The notes beneath the pieces were generated by a model. The model was not told where the DNA came from. It worked only from the letters and a program-made list of their open reading frames with translations, and searched no databases. Shown in pieces: positions 58,076 to 64,000 of a stretch of DNA of 64,000 bases (position 1 is its first letter; the number at the start of each line of letters is the position of its first letter). Source of the DNA: Candidatus Nomurabacteria bacterium (GTDB taxonomy: Bacteria > Patescibacteriota > Minisyncoccia > Phycocordibacterales > UBA9973); the NCBI GenBank assembly GCA_052035405.1, contig JBPOHQ010000002.1:334-64333 (forward strand), given 5' to 3'. Both the position numbers and the translations under genes were made by a program.

Positions 58076-59557
58076 TTAAGAATTGTAATTTCTAAAATTT
58101 CTTAATCTAGAAAGTATTCCTGTATCACTTCTCTCTAAGTATGCTTTTATGTGTTTTCGGGCGAGGTTTGTTTTTGCGTGTTCAAGCCATTTTCTGGAAG
58201 GGTTAGCTTCTTTTTTTGTGATTATTTCTACAATGTCTCCATTTTTTAAAACAGAAAACATCTGAACTAGTTTTCCATTTATTTTTACGCCGGACACATG
58301 ATCTCCTATATCTGAGTGAATAGAATAAGCAAAATCAATAGGACTTGAGCCTTCAGGTAAGTCTACGACGTCACCCTTAGGTGTACGGATGAATATTCGA
58401 TCATTAAAGAAATCCATTCGTAAATGCTCAAAAAAACTTTGAGGTTTTTCTGGATTATAGTTAAGCTCTTTGAGTTGTTCTATCCATTCAAATTTACCTT
58501 GATCTTCTTTTGCTTTTTTAGACCCTTTTTCCTTGTATGCAAAGTGTGCTGCTATACCATATGCTGCTTCTGCGTGCATTTCTTTTGTTTTTATTTGTAT
58601 CTCAGCTATGCCATATTCACCTGCAAATACAGTAGTGTGTAGAGCTCTGTATCCGTTTAGTTTTGGTAGAGAAATATAATCCTTGATTCTACCTTGGAGA
58701 GGTTTCCATAGTGAATGAATAAGACCCAAAACTCTATAACAGTCTTCTATGTTTTCGACTACCACACGAAGTGCAACGATATCGTGTATTCTTTCTAAAT
58801 TCATTTCATATCGCTGAAGTTTTTTCCAGAGGCTGTACTTGGTTTTTACTCTGTGACTGATTTCTTCATAAGAGATATTATTTTCCTTTAGTAGTGTTTC
58901 TAGTTTTTCTTTTATTTGTTCTGTGTGTTTTTCAAATTCTTCTTTGCGTTCTTCTAATAGGAGACACACTTCTTGATATTCTTTAGGGTATGCAAAAGGG
59001 AATGCTGCTTCTTCTAATTCACTTTTTAATTTTCCCATTCCAAGACGATTTGCGAGCGGTGCATATATCTCAATAGATTCTAGGGCGATTCTTTTTTGTT
59101 TGTCTTCTCGGACATGTTCGAGAGTTCGCAGATTATGAAGTCTATCTGCGAATTTAATTATAACTACTCGAAGGTCATTTGCTATCGCGATAAAGAATTT
59201 ACGTAAACTTTCTACATGTCTCTCGTGTCCTCGATATTTTAACGTCCCAAGTTTTGTTACACCCTTTACTAAGAAAACAATAGTCTTACCAAACTCTCGT
59301 TCCATTTCTTCCTCAGTGATCTCTGTATCTTCGAGTACGTCATGCATGAGTCCTGCCGCAATAGTCTTGGCATCCATGCCGAGCTTAGCTAAAATTTGTG
59401 CCGTTGCGAAAACATGAATGAAATATGGTTCACCACTTTTTCGCTTCTGTCCTTCATGAGCACGCATTGCGAAGTGATAGGCCTTTTCTATGAGTGCTTC
59501 TTCTTCGGGCGACACTCCTCCTTCTATGAGTTTTATGATTTCTTTAAAGTCTGTCAT
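58076..59557 (-). CDS. spoT: RelA/SpoT homolog (HD hydrolase, synthetase, TGS; no ACT domain)
   Basis: RKSGEPY..H, HDVLEDT, ADRLHN, APLANRLG, KDYI..PK.NGY, DFAYSIHS. Confidence 0.88.
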   Translation of the reverse strand: MTDFKEIIKLIEGGVSPEEEALIEKAYHFAMRAHEGQKRKSGEPYFIHVFATAQILAKLGMDAKTIAAGLMHDVLEDTEITEEEMEREFGKTIVFLVKGVTKLGTLKYRGHERHVESLRKFFIAIANDLRVVIIKFADRLHNLRTLEHVREDKQKRIALESIEIYAPLANRLGMGKLKSELEEAAFPFAYPKEYQEVCLLLEERKEEFEKHTEQIKEKLETLLKENNISYEEISHRVKTKYSLWKKLQRYEMNLERIHDIVALRVVVENIEDCYRVLGLIHSLWKPLQGRIKDYISLPKLNGYRALHTTVFAGEYGIAEIQIKTKEMHAEAAYGIAAHFAYKEKGSKKAKEDQGKFEWIEQLKELNYNPEKPQSFFEHLRMDFFNDRIFIRTPKGDVVDLPEGSSPIDFAYSIHSDIGDHVSGVKINGKLVQMFSVLKNGDIVEIITKKEANPSRKWLEHAKTNLARKHIKAYLERSDTGILSRLRNFRNYNS

Positions 59558-59716
59558 ATGGTTATTGTTAGTATAACATATTTCTTTTATCTACTAAGTG
59601 AATACAGGAGTGTCACATTGACAAAAACTATAATTTATAGTATCTTTTTAATTAATTTAACCCCAGTTTTTCCAAAAAAATTGGTTCATTCTTTGACACT
59701 ATAATTTTTAAACATC

Positions 59717-60247
59717 ATGCAAACACCCGATTTTTGCCACGACGGTTTTTGTCGTGATGGTACTTTTATTTTTTTATTCTTTGGGAGACTTGCTTCTTTC
59801 TTAAAAATTAAACTTCTACTAGGAAAACGCGTATCAGATGGTATGTGGGAACTTATTGGCGGAGGGTTTGATTTAAGAGATCTTGATGCAAAAACTGCTG
59901 TTGTCAGGGAAACCGGAGAAGAATCTGGACTAAAACTTGTTGTGGAAAAAATTATTTATTTTGCACACATGACTCAGAAGCTTCCAAAGTTTGAGAATGA
60001 AAAAGGACACGTTTTTTATTTCTTTCAAAAAGTAAATAAAAGTTTTCTCTCTCAACCCTTACTGCATTCGGAAGAGCACAGTGAACTTGCGTGGCATTCT
60101 ATTGGACAAATTTTTGAAGGAGGTGAAACTTCTTACAAGACTTCAACTCTTAGAATGATCTTGCATTTTCTTAATTATCTTTCGGATAAACAATTCCGTT
60201 TTGGAGTTTTAAAAGACAAAGTTCGTTTTCAGGGTTACGAATTTTAG
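59717..60247 (+). CDS. NUDIX hydrolase
   Basis: GGG...AVVRETGEESGL. Confidence 0.75.
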   Translation: MQTPDFCHDGFCRDGTFIFLFFGRLASFLKIKLLLGKRVSDGMWELIGGGFDLRDLDAKTAVVRETGEESGLKLVVEKIIYFAHMTQKLPKFENEKGHVFYFFQKVNKSFLSQPLLHSEEHSELAWHSIGQIFEGGETSYKTSTLRMILHFLNYLSDKQFRFGVLKDKVRFQGYEF

Positions 60248-60317
60248 TTCGGACACCCAAACCAAAAAACCACACCCGTAATGGATTTAATCTGTCGCGG
60301 GTGTTATTATTTTATAC

Positions 60318-61016
60318 ATGAAATTAGTTGTATTAGCAGCAGGGAAAAGTACACGGTTTTTACCACTTACAGAACATACTCCAAAACCTTTAATCATAAT
60401 AGAAGGTAAACCTTTATCCGAGTATACACTCGACCTTTGTATTCCTCACGTAGAAGAGGTTATTTTTATAATAAATGAGTCATTGGGTTATAAAGTGGTA
60501 GAACATTTTGGGGATATATATAAGGGAGTACCTGTTAGATATGTAATCCAAAAAACCGAAATGATAAATGGGACTTTTGGAGCCTTGTTGTCTGCACGGG
60601 AATTTCTAGAAGAGGATATTTTTGCAGTTTGTAATTGTGATGATTTATATAAAAAAGAAGATATAGATAATGCATTTTTAAGTAAAGAATACGGTATGGG
60701 GCTCACAATTTCTAAAATGCCATTTCAGTATTACGGAGTTGATGTACAAGATGGATTCATACAAGGATTTCGTCGACATGAAAAGACTGATGAACTAGTC
60801 GAAGATAAATTCGTAAATGGTTTTTATATTTTATCTAAAGATATTTTTAATTTTACTCCAGTAGGACTTTCTGGCGGAGAGTTTGGATTACCTCAAACAC
60901 TTTTTGCTAATTTAGAAAAACTTCCTTTAAAGGAATTTGTTTTCACAGAATGGGTAGCAGTAAATAGCCCAGAGAATATTCCTCCAGCAATAGATTTCAT
61001 AAAGAGAAATTTCTAA
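60318..61016 (+). CDS. sugar-phosphate nucleotidyltransferase family protein
   Basis: LAAGKSTRFLPLT..PKPL, GTFGAL, NCDD. Confidence 0.85.
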   Translation: MKLVVLAAGKSTRFLPLTEHTPKPLIIIEGKPLSEYTLDLCIPHVEEVIFIINESLGYKVVEHFGDIYKGVPVRYVIQKTEMINGTFGALLSAREFLEEDIFAVCNCDDLYKKEDIDNAFLSKEYGMGLTISKMPFQYYGVDVQDGFIQGFRRHEKTDELVEDKFVNGFYILSKDIFNFTPVGLSGGEFGLPQTLFANLEKLPLKEFVFTEWVAVNSPENIPPAIDFIKRNF

Positions 61017-61024
61017 CTATTTTA

Positions 61025-63238
61025 CTACTTTATTTGATTGAGTTTATGAGGGTTGTGGTTTGGACAGGTTTTGTTGCTACACCTTTCTGGAATGGTTTTT
61101 GTGCCTTCCATCATAAGAGATCCACACATATCACAGATGCGTCCAGTAGGCTTCGCTTTTATCGCATTTTTACAATCAGGGTAATTTGAGCAAGAGTAAA
61201 ATATTCCAAAACGTCCTTTACGCTCCATCATAAATCCTTTTTTACATGTTGGACACTGTACGTCAGTCATTTTTCTTTTTTTCTCTTCTTCGTCTTCTTT
61301 TATAAATTTACATTTTGGATATCTTGAACAAGATATAAATGTGCCTGTGCCGTCGCGTCTTTCTCTTATCACAAGTTTACCACCACCTGATTTACCTTTC
61401 TTTTCACCACAGAGAGGGCAGAGTTCACCTATTTCTTTTGGACCCTGGAGTTCTGTACCATCGAGCATGAGTGCTCCTGTGCAGTCTGGATAATCAGAAC
61501 AAGAATAAAACTTACCACCACGAGAGAGTTTGATGATCATACCCTTGCCGCATTTTGGACATTTTATGTCGTCCGGTGCATCTCCTAAGTCCGTTGCTTT
61601 TGCGAGCTTATCTTTCTCTTTGATTTCTTTCAAGAATGGACCATAGAAATCTTTCAGTATTTTTTCGTATTTACTTTCTCCTCGAGATATCTCGTCGAGC
61701 TGATCTTCCATTCCTGCAGTGAAAGTGTCTGATATATATTCAGCAAAGTTTTTCTCTAAGAAGTCTGATACTACTTCACCTGTATCAGTAGGGAAAAGGG
61801 TCTTACCTTCTTTCTTTACGTATCCACGATCTTCGATAGTACGCATGATAGATGCGTAGGTAGACGGGCGACCAATGCCGCGTTCTTCGAGTTCTTTCAC
61901 AAGTCCTGCTTCACTGTACCTACTTGGGGGTTCTGTAAATTTCTCCACACTTTGTAGTTCTAACAATTTTATCTTTTCTCCTACAACACAAACTGGGAGC
62001 TCTACGTCTTCACCACGAGCATCCGGCTCGGCTTTAAGCCATCCAGGAAAAAGGAGCCTCGAACCGTTTGCAGAAAAAGCAGGTAGAGACTTGTCATCTT
62101 CTATGATTGCAGAGATTTTAGTCTTTGAAAGTTTTGCGTCGGTCATCTGACTTGAAACTGTACGTTCCCAGATCAGTCTGTAGAGTTTTTGCTGTTCTTC
62201 TGTGCCTGCATGAGCTACATGTATATGAGTAGGACGGATAGCTTCGTGAGCTTCTTGAGCGTTTTTTGATTTTGTTTTATAAACTCTTGCTTCTGCGTAC
62301 TCTGGGCCATATTCTTTTTTTACCATTCCTAGTATTTCAGCTTGAGCTGCCTGAGATAAATTTGTACTATCTGTACGCATATAGGTTATGTGTCCTGATT
62401 CGTAGAGTTTTTGTGCGAGCTGCATCGTACGAGAAGGAGAGTAGCCGAGGCGAGAACTCGCTGTCTGTTGGAGAGTAGAAGTAGTGAAAGGAGCACGAGG
62501 TGAACGCTTCTGTTCAGATTCTTTGACCGCACTTACCACCCAGTCGCTTTTCTTTCCAACTTCTAATATTTTGTTAACTAATTTTTCATCACGAGGTTCT
62601 TCGTCACAAGTGAGTGTAATCTTTGCTTTTTTTAATGTCTCAAAGTCCCCAAACAATTTCCAGTATTTTTCTGGTACGAATGCACGAATCTCGCGTTCTC
62701 TCTCCATGATGATGCGAAGTGCAGGAGACTGCACTCGCCCAGCAGAGAGTCCGTAGCGAACCTTTTTCCAGATGATTCCTGATAGGTCGTAGCCTACGAG
62801 TCGGTCGAGGACACGACGAGCTTCTTGAGCTTTCCTTAAATTAGTATCTATCTCACGAGGTTCCTTTAATGCTTCTTCGACAGCTTCTTTTGTGATCTCA
62901 TGAAATGTAACTCTTTGAATAGGAGCTTTTACTTTTTTGTCGGCTTTGAGCAATTCATCTATATGCCAGGCTATCGCTTCTCCTTCACGGTCGGGGTCAG
63001 TCGCAAGCAATATTGAAGTAGCTTTTTCGGCTAGACTTTGGAGCTCATGGACTACTTTTTCTTTGCCTTTACTTATCTCATAGTGTGGGATAAAACCGCC
63101 TTCTATGTCTATTGCTTGTTTATTTGATTTTGGTAAGTCTCGTATATGTCCTACGGACGCACGCACGGTAAAAGCTCCCTCGAGGTACTTTTCAATAGTC
63201 TTTGCCTTTGATGGAGACTCAACAATCAGTAATTTCAT
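61025..63238 (-). CDS. topA: DNA topoisomerase I (type IA) with C-terminal zinc ribbons
   Basis: VESPSKAKTI, DPDREGE, SAGRVQS, ITYMRTD, GIGRPSTY; several C4 motifs. Confidence 0.97.
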   Translation of the reverse strand: MKLLIVESPSKAKTIEKYLEGAFTVRASVGHIRDLPKSNKQAIDIEGGFIPHYEISKGKEKVVHELQSLAEKATSILLATDPDREGEAIAWHIDELLKADKKVKAPIQRVTFHEITKEAVEEALKEPREIDTNLRKAQEARRVLDRLVGYDLSGIIWKKVRYGLSAGRVQSPALRIIMEREREIRAFVPEKYWKLFGDFETLKKAKITLTCDEEPRDEKLVNKILEVGKKSDWVVSAVKESEQKRSPRAPFTTSTLQQTASSRLGYSPSRTMQLAQKLYESGHITYMRTDSTNLSQAAQAEILGMVKKEYGPEYAEARVYKTKSKNAQEAHEAIRPTHIHVAHAGTEEQQKLYRLIWERTVSSQMTDAKLSKTKISAIIEDDKSLPAFSANGSRLLFPGWLKAEPDARGEDVELPVCVVGEKIKLLELQSVEKFTEPPSRYSEAGLVKELEERGIGRPSTYASIMRTIEDRGYVKKEGKTLFPTDTGEVVSDFLEKNFAEYISDTFTAGMEDQLDEISRGESKYEKILKDFYGPFLKEIKEKDKLAKATDLGDAPDDIKCPKCGKGMIIKLSRGGKFYSCSDYPDCTGALMLDGTELQGPKEIGELCPLCGEKKGKSGGGKLVIRERRDGTGTFISCSRYPKCKFIKEDEEEKKRKMTDVQCPTCKKGFMMERKGRFGIFYSCSNYPDCKNAIKAKPTGRICDMCGSLMMEGTKTIPERCSNKTCPNHNPHKLNQIK

Positions 63239-63349
63239 TCATCCAGTATTACATGAATTATATTTTTTTAGCAAATTATCTATTAAAATGCAGGACGGAG
63301 GGGACCCCTCCGCCCCTATTAGATTTGACTAAATAGATATCTCATGTGC

Positions 63350-63378
63350 TTGACATTTAGCTATATATATGCTATATT
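63350..63378 (+). promoter_or_regulatory. strong sigma70 promoter
   Basis: TTGACA-17 bp-TATATT with extended -10 TGn. Confidence 0.7.
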
Positions 63379-63491
63379 ATAGGTAATCAGAGCGTTCTTT
63401 GAAAAGGCAGGATGTTGGTGGATGACCCTAGATTCTTTATGGAGTTTGAGGTAGTTCACTAACATTTTCACCAACATTATTATTTCGACCT

Positions 63492-63869
63492 ATGAAAAGC
63501 ATTATCTTTTCAATCGCACTGATCGCATTTTTCTCCTGTACTCTTAGTGCTCAATCTTTTGAAGATGTTCAATCCGAATTTGTACAAGCCAATGACAGCA
63601 GTATTATTATTGTTCAATGGGCTAACGAAAACATTTCAGAAGTTATAGCAGCAAAAGAAGCGAGGGACAATGCATCTCAGGCCTGGGAAAAAGCCTTTAT
63701 GGAAAAGGCAAACAATCAAAGTGAATTGTATCAAGTGAGAGATTCACTTAATAATGTTTACTTAAAAGTTTTATATTCCCAGCCTGTAGTAGCGAATGCG
63801 AAACAAAAAGTTACGAAAGCAAGAAATGCACTTAATCAACTACAAAATTCATTTGTAAAAAATAAGTAA
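63492..63869 (+). CDS. secreted helical hypothetical protein
   Basis: Signal peptide MKSIIFSIALIAFFSCTLSA; 125 aa. Confidence 0.65.
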   Translation: MKSIIFSIALIAFFSCTLSAQSFEDVQSEFVQANDSSIIIVQWANENISEVIAAKEARDNASQAWEKAFMEKANNQSELYQVRDSLNNVYLKVLYSQPVVANAKQKVTKARNALNQLQNSFVKNK

Positions 63870-63914
63870 ACCTTTTCCTGCCTTCATAATCCTGCCTAAA
63901 AAAACGATTTAAAA

Positions 63915-63948
63915 GACCACTCAATCTTCGGAAAGAGTGGCTTTTTTT
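63915..63948 (+). terminator. intrinsic terminator
   Basis: CCACTC...GAGTGG followed by a T tract. Confidence 0.7.
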
Positions 63949-64000
63949 ATTTTATTTTTTAAAGATGTTACAATGTTTGTAGATATGCAGCACAAAAAAC

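Overview
AT-rich, gene-dense bacterial chromosome segment read with genetic code 11. Gene content points by inference to a Patescibacteria/CPR (Parcubacteria-like) genome: a short AlaRS, a PaaX/Cas2-like regulator, paired VirB4/VirD4-like ATPases, an FtsA-like gene paired with a baseplate-J-like gene, and many apparently leaderless genes. Housekeeping content includes mltG, mnmA, alaS, infA-rpmJ-rpsM-rpsK-rpsD-rpoA-rplQ-rplM-rpsI, grpE/dnaK/dnaJ, murF, rpmG, engB, miaA, parB, a RelA/SpoT homolog, topA, tRNA-Trp(CCA) and tRNA-Leu(CAA). Accessory content includes a type III-like R-M system with a GIY-YIG nuclease, a two-component pair, a PIF1-like helicase and two frameshifted genes (cupin, NYN). 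Most notable observations: (1) a family of ~90-105 bp structured palindromic elements, inserted twice in frame in mnmA and once in the dnaK leader; (2) a carboxyspermidine polyamine cluster with its own aspartokinase and Asd; (3) miaA starting 2 nt after a tRNA that fits its substrate rule; (4) a palindromic operator shared by the PaaX-like gene and dnaK; (5) a candidate antisense sRNA at the NYN RNase 3' end. All calls are from reading the sequence and ORF track by eye; no database searches were run.
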